This document shows positions 28,860 through 39,936 of a stretch of DNA of 64,000 nt, one piece after another. Every line of letters begins with the position of its first letter. The first letter of the stretch is position 1. Under the pieces are notes generated by a model. The model did no database searches. It was not told the origin of the DNA and saw only the letters and a program-made list of their open reading frames with translations. The stretch is from Alphaproteobacteria bacterium (lineage in GTDB: Bacteria > Pseudomonadota > Alphaproteobacteria > Paracaedibacterales > CAITNM01): positions 14,892-78,891 of the forward strand of contig CANKYV010000004.1 of the NCBI GenBank assembly GCA_947487955.1, given 5' to 3'. Made by a program: the position numbers and the translations under genes.

Positions 28860-29606
28860 TTGACATCCTTTTTTTTGCCATTCATTGTGTTTTTTTCTCC
28901 TTTGGAAAATCACATAGTGGTTGAGGTAATTTATAAGGATGCCTTGATGCTAGTCATCAACAAGCCTGCAGGACTTCCAGTACACAAAGGTGCTGGACAA
29001 AAAATTGCAACGCTTGAAGATTATTTGGATGATTTGCGCTATGGATTACCTAAAAGGCCAGAATTAGCGCACAGACTAGATAAAGACACCACAGGATGCT
29101 TAATTTTAGGACGCAATAAAGTTGCATTAAAAAGATTAAGTGAACTTTTTCAGCAGCATCTCATTGGAAAAACTTACTTGGCAGTAGTGCATGGAACTAT
29201 TAAAGCTCACTCTGGGGAAATTAATTTACCTATTGCCAAAAAATCTAGCGATAAAAGATCATGGTGGGGGAAAATTGATGCAAAGGGACAACCTGCATTA
29301 ACTAAGTACGAAGTACTACAGCGATCAGAGACTGCAACGCTTGTAAAATTGACCCCCATTACGGGGCGAACGCATCAGCTAAGGATTCACCTTCAAGCTA
29401 TTGGTTACCCAATTGTAGGCGATCAAATATATGGCAAGAAAGATAAACAGCATTCACTTTGCTTGCACTGTTATGAAATGGAAGTGCCTTTGTATGCCAA
29501 AAAGGAAAAAATAGTGCTGCATGCTTCTTTGCCAGAAACATTTACAAAAGTTTTGGAAGGTATGGAACTGCAGTTGCAAGATAGCGTAGTTAAAGAGAAC
29601 ATATGA
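28860..29606 (+). CDS. RluA-family pseudouridine synthase (start probably GTG ~28917)
   Basis: NKPAGL, HRLDKDTTG, TGRTHQLR. Confidence 0.92.
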   Translation: MTSFFLPFIVFFSPLENHIVVEVIYKDALMLVINKPAGLPVHKGAGQKIATLEDYLDDLRYGLPKRPELAHRLDKDTTGCLILGRNKVALKRLSELFQQHLIGKTYLAVVHGTIKAHSGEINLPIAKKSSDKRSWWGKIDAKGQPALTKYEVLQRSETATLVKLTPITGRTHQLRIHLQAIGYPIVGDQIYGKKDKQHSLCLHCYEMEVPLYAKKEKIVLHASLPETFTKVLEGMELQLQDSVVKENI

Positions 29607-30736
29607 TGAGAAAAATTTTTCACGTTAAAAAATGGTATTTGCTGTGGGTGGTTTTTTATATCGCCAACATTGCGGTTAGTGCATCTTCTGTATCACCAGA
29701 AGCTTTAAAAAAATTAGATGCTCATGTAAAAAAGAAAATAGACGAAGGAAGCGCTGTAGGGTGCGCTATTGCGGTACTAGACCACGATCAAGTAGTATTT
29801 TTAAAAACCTATGGCGTGAAGAAAAAAGGCGCACAAGAAAAAATAAATACCAATACAATTTTTCAAATTGGCTCTATTTCAAAACCTATTACCGCAACAG
29901 TTCTGGCGATCCTGCATAAGTCTGGCAGCCTTAATATTCATGATTCTGCACAAACCCACCTGCCTTATTTGCACCCTGACACAAAAATTCACCACATTTT
30001 AGCGCACACAACAGGGTACAATCGCATGGGTTGGAATAACAAAATTGAGAGCAGTATTTTTAGACCGCAGCTTTTAGAAGCGTTAATAACGACATCTCGT
30101 CAGCGTGAACCAGGGCAGGAGTTTGATTACCATAATGTTGTGTATAGTTTATTAGAGGAAATTTTAGAGAGTACTCAAAAATTATCTTTTAAAGACATTG
30201 TTCATGAGAAATTATTTAAGCCTCTTGGGATGCAGCGAGCAACCGTTGGGTATGAGGATTTTATTAATCAAGATAATAAAGCATGGCCCCATACAGTTGG
30301 GAAAAATAAAAAATTTTATCCATCTAAAAGTTATTCAAAATTTTATCATGGAGCGGTAGCATCAGCAGCTGGTGTTAATGCCAGCATTATGGATATGATT
30401 CCGTTCTTGCGATTGCAAATAATTGGCGATGATAATTTATTAAGCACAAGAGATTTGGAACTTTTTCATCAACCACATACCACGGCACCGGATTTGTTTT
30501 TATGGTTTAAAGATCAAATGCAGGGAAAATTAAAGTCGTACTATGGACTTGGTTGGCGCATTGTCGAAAATGATAGATGCCGGGTGGTTTTTCATGGCGG
30601 ATATGTAAAAGGATTCATCAGCTTTCTTGGTTTTTTACCGGATAAAAAAATCGGTATTATTGTTTTGCACAATGGGCAAAACATATTTTCGGCAGAAACA
30701 GGGATAAAGTTTTTAAGTGATTGGGTGCAGGAGTAA
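29603..30736 (+). CDS. Serine hydrolase, beta-lactamase/AmpC-like family
   Basis: GSISK, YHN, YGLGW, HGG. Confidence 0.88.
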   Translation: MMRKIFHVKKWYLLWVVFYIANIAVSASSVSPEALKKLDAHVKKKIDEGSAVGCAIAVLDHDQVVFLKTYGVKKKGAQEKINTNTIFQIGSISKPITATVLAILHKSGSLNIHDSAQTHLPYLHPDTKIHHILAHTTGYNRMGWNNKIESSIFRPQLLEALITTSRQREPGQEFDYHNVVYSLLEEILESTQKLSFKDIVHEKLFKPLGMQRATVGYEDFINQDNKAWPHTVGKNKKFYPSKSYSKFYHGAVASAAGVNASIMDMIPFLRLQIIGDDNLLSTRDLELFHQPHTTAPDLFLWFKDQMQGKLKSYYGLGWRIVENDRCRVVFHGGYVKGFISFLGFLPDKKIGIIVLHNGQNIFSAETGIKFLSDWVQE

Positions 30737-30770
30737 AAAACACCCCCTGCCTATTTGCTAAAATTTAGTT

Positions 30771-31091
30771 CTATGAAATAGCCTTTTCCTCAACCACATC
30801 AGCACCGCAAATTGCCATAATCAGGATGGCAATAGGAAAAAACACAACAGCCCAAAAGAGAAGCCAGCCCCAAGAACCACGGTAACGTAAATAAAATATT
30901 GAATCAGCTTTTACAAAACGGGCATTTTTGATTAACAAAAATATTCCAAGCGGTGGCCAAAAAATTAAGAAAAAAATAAGCCAAAATAGATTGCTTGCGT
31001 ATTTTAGTGGGTATACGTGGCGGGTGTTAATGAGGGGCATGGTGGGATTTTTGATCAAGGTATTTTCATATAGTAACGATACTTCACGCAA
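30771..31091 (-). CDS. Small membrane protein with an internal duplication
   Basis: LKYASNLFWLIFFLIFWPPL and LRYRGSWGWLLFWAVVFFPI. Confidence 0.7.
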   Translation of the reverse strand: MREVSLLYENTLIKNPTMPLINTRHVYPLKYASNLFWLIFFLIFWPPLGIFLLIKNARFVKADSIFYLRYRGSWGWLLFWAVVFFPIAILIMAICGADVVEEKAIS

Positions 31092-31132
31092 AATAAAAGT
31101 TTAGAGGACAAAGAGCAAACCTTAACAAAACT

Positions 31133-31573
31133 CTAGATCTGGTCTAATTCTTTTAATAATTCTCCAAAAAACCCAGACAAAGAAGAAACAAAGTGTTCTA
31201 CTGCTTTATTTTTATCTGGACGAGACACGATTTTCTTAGCAATGTCTTTAAAACAATCACCTGAAGCATTACACATTTGGGAAGAAGAAAAATATATTGG
31301 GATAATAATATCACATCTAATTTCTTCACAGATAAGCATTTGCCTTTTAAAGCTATCTATTAATTTTATAAATTTTTCTTTTTTATTTTCACTTAATTTA
31401 TCCTCAATACTATCTATAGGGTATTGCTGAAAAATTTCCTCAGTTTCTGGAATAAGTTTGACTATTTTCTCCCAAGCAGAACTAGGATCGTCATCCTCTT
31501 CTCCCATTGACCAGATAGCTGATAAAAAAGGCATAATAATTAGAAGAAGCACTTTTAACATATTGCACCTCAC
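31133..31573 (-). CDS. Secreted hypothetical protein
   Basis: Signal peptide MLKVLLLIIMPFLSAIWS. Confidence 0.7.
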   Translation of the reverse strand: MRCNMLKVLLLIIMPFLSAIWSMGEEDDDPSSAWEKIVKLIPETEEIFQQYPIDSIEDKLSENKKEKFIKLIDSFKRQMLICEEIRCDIIIPIYFSSSQMCNASGDCFKDIAKKIVSRPDKNKAVEHFVSSLSGFFGELLKELDQI

Positions 31574-31694
31574 CTATGAATTACTAATTCATTAGCACAT
31601 TATTTTATTTCTGAGTCAATTATTTTTTGATAAAAATTCTGATTACAAATAGATCCAACTTGCATTCACAACAAAATCTAAACTTTTTCTAAAG

Positions 31695-34598
31695 TTACAT
31701 TTGGAGCCAGGTTTTTACATCTTTTAGTTTTTGGTACGCTGCATCGATCTGCGGTACATCCTCTATCGTGATAGCTGTACCTCTATTGCATAACCCTTCA
31801 AGTATTTGCTTTGCTTGATTTAAATCTGCTGAAAATGTTGCATAATTAGCATCAGTTGAGTATTTATCAAGTTCAATTTTTACATTTGGAATTTCTACAA
31901 GTAAATCTCTTGCAAATTGGTCCGGAGCTTCTAAAATAACTCGAATTGGCGTTGTAATTTTCTTTTTTAATCTTAGAGTGTTTAGACTTTGGGCATCATA
32001 GGAAGTTGATATATTAGTAATATCATTTTCTAAACTAAGTATACTACTATAGTACCTATTAAATGGCGATATCGTTAGTATATTTGAGTGAGCAAAGCCT
32101 TTATTTTGTGCATAAGCATCTATTGTTTGTTTAATAAATTGAATATCTTCACGCAGTTCCTTTATAAGCTGCTGTTGATTAGAAATACTTGGTATTTTTG
32201 AAGAAATAGAAGCCATAGGAGAGTGAGCAATTCCCCCTCCTCCTCCAAGATTAAGTTGAGGTGATGGAAAAAGTACTTTAACTTTACTACTTGTAGGAGG
32301 TGTAGAGTTTTGGGCGCTTGAACTATTACTTACTTGAAGAGATTTTACAGGGGATACTAGAGAAGCAGAAAAACTTGAAGCTTGTCTTATTTTATCTCCA
32401 AATTTTTCTACTATTATTTTTACTTCTTGCAAATCTTTTATTTCTTGATCAATTATTTGTTTAGCATCGTTATGAACTCTAACTTCAGCAGTACGCTGAT
32501 CTTGCAAATAATCCCAGCATCTTTTCAAAATTTCTTCTTTTAATGGATCCGCTAACATCCCATCAAATGATGCTTTATTTTCAAATTGTTTTAAGGGTGA
32601 TATATATGAATTCTTTATGTCTAAAAGACTAACTAATTTTTCAACACGACATTTACGCGCTAGATCACCTAGATTTTGGTTGATCATTTCATAAATTCTA
32701 ATAAGAGCAGTTATATAGGTAGAATTGTATTTTGTTAGTTTAAGATTTTCTACTTGAGTATCTAGCTGTTTTTTATTAATACTTTTTTTCAAAACTTCTT
32801 TAAATGCCTTTACTTCTGAGAGTTTGACCTTGTTAACTTCGCAAGTAATATCAGCATAAGTCTTTTCAAGGGCTTCAAAGTTTTCTGAAATATTGATAAT
32901 GCTTAAAAGAAGAGCTTTCTTTTGAAGATTTGTAAGCTTTGCAAGATCCATCGTAAAAATATAAAACCTAGAATCGTTATCGGCAGCATTTGACTTACCA
33001 GCAAAGAAGTCTTTCATAAGCTGTTTACTGTCATTTAGAGCTAAAAAGAGGTACATAGGATCTAGCATAAAGGCAAAGCAGCACGGCATTTCTAAGAGAG
33101 GTTTTTTATCATTTTGTAGCAACGCACGACTGATGTCCTTTTCACGGTCTGCAGATAAAGATATTACCAGAGACTGGATCTTAGCAATCAGCCCACCTAA
33201 CACAACTTGCGCTTGTGATTGCATAGAAGTAAGCTCTGCTCGAACCTCTGGGCTATTTCTGCAACTTTCAACAAAATCTGCTTCTTCTTGGGCAATTAGC
33301 TTCTCTGCTTCTTTCTTATCTTTCCCTAATGCAGCTATATAAGAATTAAAATATACTGGAGAGAAAAGTGCAGTCATTGATTTTAAGTTTTGGAGGCATT
33401 CATCATATTTTTGAATCGTGCTCAATAAAAGGCTATTTACATCCGTTGAAAAATCTTTTGCAGCTACCATTTGCGTGTAAAAATCTTCAGTAGCAGATAA
33501 AAGGGTGTCACCAAAATCTTTTTTTTGCGTCTTAAATGTACTCTTTAATTTTTGCAAATCTATACCACGTCTTTCCAATATTTTTTGATAATTTGGAAGG
33601 GTTATAATGCCTATCGCATCCTGTTCAGTGTTAGCTAAATTCAAGTCTCGCATTATTTCTTTTGCAATTATCAATGCATCTTGTTCCATTTCCTCAGCTC
33701 GGGTTACGATCTGACTAGCTGCTTCTAAGGTATAATAGTAAGAGTCCATCAAAGAACTAAGAGCTGGAGGCTCTCCGTCTTGTTTTGCAGGACGATCTGT
33801 TAAAATAATTTTATATTGTTGACGTTGTGGCCCACCGAAAACTGACTGTAGAAGCTCATATTGCCGGGCCATTGCTTTAAATCCGTCAACGACTAGATCA
33901 TATTGTGCTGAAGCAAAAGAAAAATTTTGATTGATTACACCGCCATCTTTCAATTTTACATTTAAAATTACTGTATGAGTAGCATCATCAAATACAAAAT
34001 CATGGCTTTCTTTATCTTCTAAAGTGAGTAGCTTATGTACTGTAACGGCAACATCTTGCGGAATACCTCTGGCAACGATATTACCAAGCTGAGCAACTTC
34101 TAAATTTTGGCCAACCTCAACAAGCTGTTGTTCCATTGCAGATTTTTCTTTTTCCGTTGTGGAGAGTTTTTCTTGAAGAACAGCCTTCTGCTGAGCCTCT
34201 TGTTGGAGACGCTCTTCAACTTCTTGTTTTGCTTCTTCTAATTCTTGTATTTTAGCAGTAGAGACGGTGCTGGAGCCGTGGCGAGAGGCGTACCAGTTTC
34301 TGTATACATCAACTGTGTTAGCTTTTTTAAAACTTAAAAGATTAGCAGGCATATCGTTGATATTACCTTTTAGTACCTCTTGGATAAACTGTTGACCTTC
34401 TGAGGTTGAAGCAAGAAAATTTTTAAAGTGTCCTATATATGAAGGATAGTCTCCGCTTCTTTCGGGAAATTTGGCTGTAAAGTTATCTGGATGAGCATTT
34501 GGATTTAGTCCCGAAGAAGATGTTGACCCAAATAATGAGTGCTCAAAAAAGCATATCACCAACATGAATGATATTACTTGTTTAATGATAAAAAACAC
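31695..34598 (-). CDS. Large secreted coiled-coil protein, shared-N-terminus family member A
   Basis: AHPDNFTAKFPERSGDYP...YRNWY module then coiled coil. Confidence 0.85.
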   Translation of the reverse strand: MFFIIKQVISFMLVICFFEHSLFGSTSSSGLNPNAHPDNFTAKFPERSGDYPSYIGHFKNFLASTSEGQQFIQEVLKGNINDMPANLLSFKKANTVDVYRNWYASRHGSSTVSTAKIQELEEAKQEVEERLQQEAQQKAVLQEKLSTTEKEKSAMEQQLVEVGQNLEVAQLGNIVARGIPQDVAVTVHKLLTLEDKESHDFVFDDATHTVILNVKLKDGGVINQNFSFASAQYDLVVDGFKAMARQYELLQSVFGGPQRQQYKIILTDRPAKQDGEPPALSSLMDSYYYTLEAASQIVTRAEEMEQDALIIAKEIMRDLNLANTEQDAIGIITLPNYQKILERRGIDLQKLKSTFKTQKKDFGDTLLSATEDFYTQMVAAKDFSTDVNSLLLSTIQKYDECLQNLKSMTALFSPVYFNSYIAALGKDKKEAEKLIAQEEADFVESCRNSPEVRAELTSMQSQAQVVLGGLIAKIQSLVISLSADREKDISRALLQNDKKPLLEMPCCFAFMLDPMYLFLALNDSKQLMKDFFAGKSNAADNDSRFYIFTMDLAKLTNLQKKALLLSIINISENFEALEKTYADITCEVNKVKLSEVKAFKEVLKKSINKKQLDTQVENLKLTKYNSTYITALIRIYEMINQNLGDLARKCRVEKLVSLLDIKNSYISPLKQFENKASFDGMLADPLKEEILKRCWDYLQDQRTAEVRVHNDAKQIIDQEIKDLQEVKIIVEKFGDKIRQASSFSASLVSPVKSLQVSNSSSAQNSTPPTSSKVKVLFPSPQLNLGGGGGIAHSPMASISSKIPSISNQQQLIKELREDIQFIKQTIDAYAQNKGFAHSNILTISPFNRYYSSILSLENDITNISTSYDAQSLNTLRLKKKITTPIRVILEAPDQFARDLLVEIPNVKIELDKYSTDANYATFSADLNQAKQILEGLCNRGTAITIEDVPQIDAAYQKLKDVKTWLQM

Positions 34599-34657
34599 TT
34601 ATGTATACCTATTTCACTCACATATCTCCTATGCTAAAGAAGATAGGTTAATTTTTA

Positions 34658-37600
34658 TTACTTCACCTTTATAGAAATAATATTATTCAAATCATTAGCT
34701 GCCATATATTGGTCAATTACAGAAATCACTGGAGCAATAACATCAGTAGATGCGGAAGGCGCAACAGAATCAAAAACTCTTATAATTGCGTTACCAATCA
34801 ATGCTCTTAAATCAGGATGAATTGCTTTTATCATTTTAAGCAGCTCAACAGTATGATGAGCACTTAAAGAATTAGGTGTTTTGTAAGCTTTGATAAGGTT
34901 AGAAATGCTGTATTTACCCAGATCAAAATATGTGCGCTCTAGTATTCCTATTGTACGAGTAAGCTCTGCTCTACGAGGGTCTCTCGCTGTTGCTAGAATT
35001 GTATCTCGCTCTTGAGTAAATTTAGCGCGTATAGCAATTCGCAAATGCAGATCAATTGCAGTTAATAATTGTCGAGCTAAGTGAAGCGAATCTTCTTCTT
35101 TGGTTAATTTTGAAAAATCAACGTGCATCAAGTATTCTCGTTGCGCGTCTTTAAATTGTTGATATAGATCTATTTTATTTTCAATAGTTGACTGCGCATT
35201 AACCCCTCTTACTCTGCCAACTTCATTAGTAAACCAATCGACTAAATTCGCTGCCGCTGCGTTTACGTCTGCATATACGAAATCATTAGTACTACCCGCC
35301 TTTGTTTGACGCAATGAGGCCAAAGAGAATACTCCCTTGCCTCCCCCTGCACCAGCGAACATATTTGCCACTGAAGATTTCGGCACGCTAGACACTGAGT
35401 TTTCTTTATAAACAATAGGCAAATTCAGACCATGCCTTGTATTAATTGCAGTACGTATGAACTCTGCTGTTTTTCCTTCTCTCTCTAATTGGTTATATTC
35501 ATTTATAATCTTTTGCGTAAATCCTAATGCAGCCAGCTCTGGTGTGCCATAGTAACGCTCTTCTTTGTTTGCCTCCATAATAGACGCTAAGATCGAAGGA
35601 TCACTGACCCTAAGCCCATCAATATTTGCATAAACATCAAGAGATTCAGTACCTGTTGGATCATCATACTTTTCTTTTTGCAGATTGAATTTTTCAACAA
35701 ATTGCATAAGTTTCGTGATTTGCTGGTAAAAAGCCTGACATTGCTTACGCAAATTTTCAGATACTATAATAATCTCGTCTAATGCTTTTAGTGCTGCAGC
35801 TGCCTCTGAAGAGGTTGAGGCTTTAGTTCCTATGGCTCTAAGCATTTCATTAAAATCTGCTTCTGAAGGCATTGACAGATCAATATAATGCAGTACTTTT
35901 ATCGCATTATAAAATGCACCGTAGTAGACATCATGTAAAAATATATTAGGGTTTCCAATTGTACTATCAAACTCAAGTTGTGAAAGACCTGACGCCACCT
36001 TGAAAGATCCTGATGCTTTTTTAGCGCTTGATGCGTTTCCTGCTACTAGGGCTTGCGCATCATTTCCTGCAGTCAAAAAATCTTTGCTAATTCTTTCCAA
36101 CTGAGCAAGCTTACTTAATAACCCATTAAGGATTATTTGCTCGTCTTTATTGAAGAGGTCTTTATGCCTATCAAAAAAATCCCGTTTAAGCACAGTACTT
36201 CTTGTATCAGAATCTCTTGCACCAAGAGAAACTGAGAAATCTCCAGCAGCAGTTTTAAAGTCATTATATTTGGCTACGTATTCCTCTTTTATTAAAGGAA
36301 GACTTAGAACCAGTTTTACAAAATCAGTTCCTAGGGCTTTTGCAGCTAGTGATTGCCTGAAAAATGCGTTTAATCTACTGTTTCTATCACTAACCGGAAC
36401 TAGCACACCACCTGCTACAAGATTCACCGCTAAATAACTATCTAAAAACTTTTTCTTATCAGCTTCGTTTTCCAAAATATTGTCTTGAAGTTCATATCTA
36501 AATACAGCATCTTGCACTAAAGAATTACCAAAATACTCAGCATTTTTTGCAATTTTTTCAACTTCTTTTCGAGTCAATTTTCCTTTTTTAAAATCATTTT
36601 CTGTGATTAGTTCACAAGTTCTCAACACTAAATCCATTTTCATTTTTGTATTGGAATCTGTTTGTAGACCTAAAATACGGCTTTTTAATTCATCTAAATC
36701 TATAGTCATTACCGATGTGTTTGCTATTAAGTGGTCTAGGTATCCTTTCATGAATGCAACATTTTCTGATTGCTTTAATTTTTTATAATTATCTTCATTA
36801 AAGACAAAACCAGTTGAATCTAGTAACGCATCTTTTATTTGCTTCCAGTCAACTCCATAATATACGGTGCAAACCGCTTGTAGTGCTGGAACAATATTTC
36901 CAACTATAGATCGCTTAGCAACAGCATCAAATTGTTTTTGCGCAAATTTTTGCATTAAGAATAAAACAGCTCTAACTGGAGTTATTTCAGAACCTCCAGT
37001 TTTTATGCGTTGAGTAGCGCCCCCTGCATCTTGATAAGGTAGCGAACTAAGCGTTAGTGAAGTTATGCCCTGTAAATGGCTAACTTTTCCTTCAAGATTT
37101 TTAGCAGCAACATCAATATTCATGGGCTCATTAAACGATTCGCAAATGTTTTGAAAATCAGATGGCAACATAGGAGCAGATCCAGCTATTGCAGCATCTA
37201 TATTTTGAAACATTTGGCTGATTCTGGGCTCATTAAAAAGAGTTTCATCCTTTTTGAGCATTTTTGCTTTGAGTTCATTCACACCATTATTAAATTCGAG
37301 CAACACTGAGTAATAGTCGCTGTTAATAACAAAGCCATCAAACTCATCTGTTTCTAACAAAAGCCCTAATTCTTTAAAAATATCTTCGATTTCAGTTTCC
37401 GAAAATTCTACTTCGGTAGGCAGCAAAATTGAAGATTCAATTTTATCAAGAAACTTTTTAAGAGCAGCACTTCCAAGTGGAAAATTATCGGAACCCTCTG
37501 GTGGTATACGGCCTTTTATTACTCCGAACTCACTTGCAACTTGTTGCCTTGCAGCATCAACAGTATGTGCATCAGCAAAGCGAATCTTCAAAAAATTATT

Positions 37601-38539
37601 TAATGGCAACGCATGCCATGCGGTAAATTTCTCATCCAAATTTCGGTGATACTGTAGGTATGTATCTAACCTACTGCTGACTGATGCTAACTGTCTAGAT
37701 TGCATAAAGTGAAAATCTAATGGCTGCGCACTTGAGAGAATATCAGAAACCAAGTCACTCATGGCGCCAGATGCTGCATTGTATGCCGCAGAATGCATTT
37801 TCGCAAATATAGCAAGAAATACTTTTAAGCGATTGTATTCCTGCGCAGGTAATCTGGTAACGTTAAGAAACATTTGCTGGCCATTAACTTTAACATCTAC
37901 ATTGACTGATGTCGTATCATCATCAAAAGCCATTCCCCCAACCTCTACTTCTTCCGCCGCACCTATTGCCTGTACAAGGTCATTGACTTGAGAGTCAGTA
38001 AATTTATCCCCACCTCCTGCTAAAATAGCTGCCAGGCTTGCTTGGTGTGTTGCGAGTGCCCGTTCGCGTTCTTCCTTGTGTAGTAGAACAAGCTGCTGTT
38101 CCTTTCTTCTCGCTTCCTCTTGTATTCTTTCTCTTTCTTCTCTTTCCCTTTCGAGTTCTTCAGCTGATTGTTTAAGAGCAGCTTCAGCATTGGCGCTTAC
38201 ACCGTACTTGGATTGGTACCAGTTTCTGTATTTATCAACGGTGCTATCTCTTTTGAAAGCTAAAAGATTAGCTGGCATACCATTGATATTATCTTTTAAG
38301 ACTTCTCGGATAAACTGCTGACCTTGTGAGGTTGAAGTGAGAAACCTTTTAAATTCTCCAATATATGCAGGGTAATCCCCACTTCTTTCAGGAAACCTAG
38401 CGGTAAAATTATCAGGATGCGCTGGGTCTGATGTTGCAGAAATCGTTGATCTAAATAATGAGGTTTCAACGAAACACATTAGCAACATTAATGATACTAT
38501 TTGTTTAACAATACAAAACATTCTATCTATATATTTCAC
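34658..38539 (-). CDS. Large secreted coiled-coil protein, shared-N-terminus family member B
   Basis: Same N-terminal module; 1293 aa. Confidence 0.85.
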   Translation of the reverse strand: MKYIDRMFCIVKQIVSLMLLMCFVETSLFRSTISATSDPAHPDNFTARFPERSGDYPAYIGEFKRFLTSTSQGQQFIREVLKDNINGMPANLLAFKRDSTVDKYRNWYQSKYGVSANAEAALKQSAEELEREREERERIQEEARRKEQQLVLLHKEERERALATHQASLAAILAGGGDKFTDSQVNDLVQAIGAAEEVEVGGMAFDDDTTSVNVDVKVNGQQMFLNVTRLPAQEYNRLKVFLAIFAKMHSAAYNAASGAMSDLVSDILSSAQPLDFHFMQSRQLASVSSRLDTYLQYHRNLDEKFTAWHALPLNNFLKIRFADAHTVDAARQQVASEFGVIKGRIPPEGSDNFPLGSAALKKFLDKIESSILLPTEVEFSETEIEDIFKELGLLLETDEFDGFVINSDYYSVLLEFNNGVNELKAKMLKKDETLFNEPRISQMFQNIDAAIAGSAPMLPSDFQNICESFNEPMNIDVAAKNLEGKVSHLQGITSLTLSSLPYQDAGGATQRIKTGGSEITPVRAVLFLMQKFAQKQFDAVAKRSIVGNIVPALQAVCTVYYGVDWKQIKDALLDSTGFVFNEDNYKKLKQSENVAFMKGYLDHLIANTSVMTIDLDELKSRILGLQTDSNTKMKMDLVLRTCELITENDFKKGKLTRKEVEKIAKNAEYFGNSLVQDAVFRYELQDNILENEADKKKFLDSYLAVNLVAGGVLVPVSDRNSRLNAFFRQSLAAKALGTDFVKLVLSLPLIKEEYVAKYNDFKTAAGDFSVSLGARDSDTRSTVLKRDFFDRHKDLFNKDEQIILNGLLSKLAQLERISKDFLTAGNDAQALVAGNASSAKKASGSFKVASGLSQLEFDSTIGNPNIFLHDVYYGAFYNAIKVLHYIDLSMPSEADFNEMLRAIGTKASTSSEAAAALKALDEIIIVSENLRKQCQAFYQQITKLMQFVEKFNLQKEKYDDPTGTESLDVYANIDGLRVSDPSILASIMEANKEERYYGTPELAALGFTQKIINEYNQLEREGKTAEFIRTAINTRHGLNLPIVYKENSVSSVPKSSVANMFAGAGGGKGVFSLASLRQTKAGSTNDFVYADVNAAAANLVDWFTNEVGRVRGVNAQSTIENKIDLYQQFKDAQREYLMHVDFSKLTKEEDSLHLARQLLTAIDLHLRIAIRAKFTQERDTILATARDPRRAELTRTIGILERTYFDLGKYSISNLIKAYKTPNSLSAHHTVELLKMIKAIHPDLRALIGNAIIRVFDSVAPSASTDVIAPVISVIDQYMAANDLNNIISIKVK

Positions 38540-39936
38540 TCATATCACATACCTGCTATAGTACTCACAAATATATTAATTTTTATTTAATGCAATTGGT
38601 TTTATGAAGAAATATCTCTCCATTTTTATGATTTTTACGGCAACACAAGCTTTTAGTGCTAATCACAGTTTTTATATTGGAGGTAGTCTTAGTCAAACCT
38701 CTATTTCAGGAAAGCGCAATGATTCTGCAACAAACGAAAGATTAGTAGATAAAAACTTAACGAACAATAAAAGCATTCATAGAAAAAATGCTTATGGAGG
38801 AGTATTTGCCGGATATCTATTTCGAATTGAAAATTTTGGTATAGGGCCAGAATTTTTTTATAATTACGGTAAACTTGAAGAGACAATCAGCGGCACTCAC
38901 TCAGATCCACTTGGTCCTATTAATACTACTTTTGATATTACCCATAAACTCACTAACCAAGCTGGTGCAAACGTGAGGTTCGGATACTTTTTAGATAGTT
39001 ATTTTTTATATACTCTATTAGGTATTCATTCACAAACAAGTCAATTTTATGCAAAAGCAAAACATATTGATTTGGGTGTTGGCACGGAAGAAGACTACAA
39101 TTACAAAACAAAAAAGAAAAATACAAACGTTTTTAGCTTTGGGTTTGGCGTGCAAAAGTCAATCGCTGAAAATTATGCGATTGGCTTAGAATGCAAATTT
39201 GCGAACTTTCCAAACAAAAATTTCACTTGGAATTTAGGAGATGCTGACACAACCAAACTAACCAGTTCATTTAAATATCAGTTACGGTCGATCAATTTAA
39301 AACTTATGTACGTGTTTTAGCGATATTTGTTATATTACTTTAACTTTTTATGTTATTTTTTATGTTTTTTACCATAAAATTTGTTTAAAAAATAACACAC
39401 TATTGACATTTTAGTTTATAATCCTTAGCATCTTGCGTTACAGGCAAAGGATTTAAATACTTATGAAACGCACTGAAGAGAGAAAAAAAACTAAAACTTT
39501 ATTCCTTTTTAATAATAAAACTCCTGCAGTTAACGGAAGAAATGATAAAGATATAGTTATTTTTTCAGGTTTTAATTCTGTGACCTTGTCCGTACTGAAA
39601 TTTGCAAGTTACAAAAACGAGTTGAATTAAGTGATGTTAATTATTAAACAAGCAATATCGTTAGCATTTCTGATATGCCTTTTTAAAATCTCATTATTTG
39701 GGCCAACAATTTTTGCAACATCAGACCCAGCGCATCCTGATAATTTTATCGCTAGGTTTCCTGAGAGAAGTGGGGATTACCCTGCATATATTGGAGAATT
39801 TAAAAGGTTTCTCACCTCAACTCCACAAGGTCAGCGGTTTGTCCAAGAAGTTTTAAAAGATAATATCAATGGTGTGCCAGCTAATCTTTTAGCTTTTAAA
39901 AGAGATAGCACTGTCGATACTTACAGAACCTGGTAC
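38216..39936. repeat. Inverted repeats (38216-~38515 and ~39640-39936) formed by the 5' modules of members B and C
   Basis: About 16 mismatches over a ~225-bp core by manual alignment. Confidence 0.85.
38604..39320 (+). CDS. Small outer-membrane beta-barrel protein
   Basis: Signal peptide, FYIGGS, GGVFAGY, VRFGY, GFGVQ, C-terminal YVF. Confidence 0.85.
   Translation: MKKYLSIFMIFTATQAFSANHSFYIGGSLSQTSISGKRNDSATNERLVDKNLTNNKSIHRKNAYGGVFAGYLFRIENFGIGPEFFYNYGKLEETISGTHSDPLGPINTTFDITHKLTNQAGANVRFGYFLDSYFLYTLLGIHSQTSQFYAKAKHIDLGVGTEEDYNYKTKKKNTNVFSFGFGVQKSIAENYAIGLECKFANFPNKNFTWNLGDADTTKLTSSFKYQLRSINLKLMYVF

Noticed and set aside
29603-30736. Antibiotic resistance beta-lactamase
   Set aside because: The motifs define the broad serine hydrolase family only; substrate cannot be read from sequence.
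39463-39630. 55-codon ORF just before family member C
   Set aside because: No recognisable features; plausible chance ORF.
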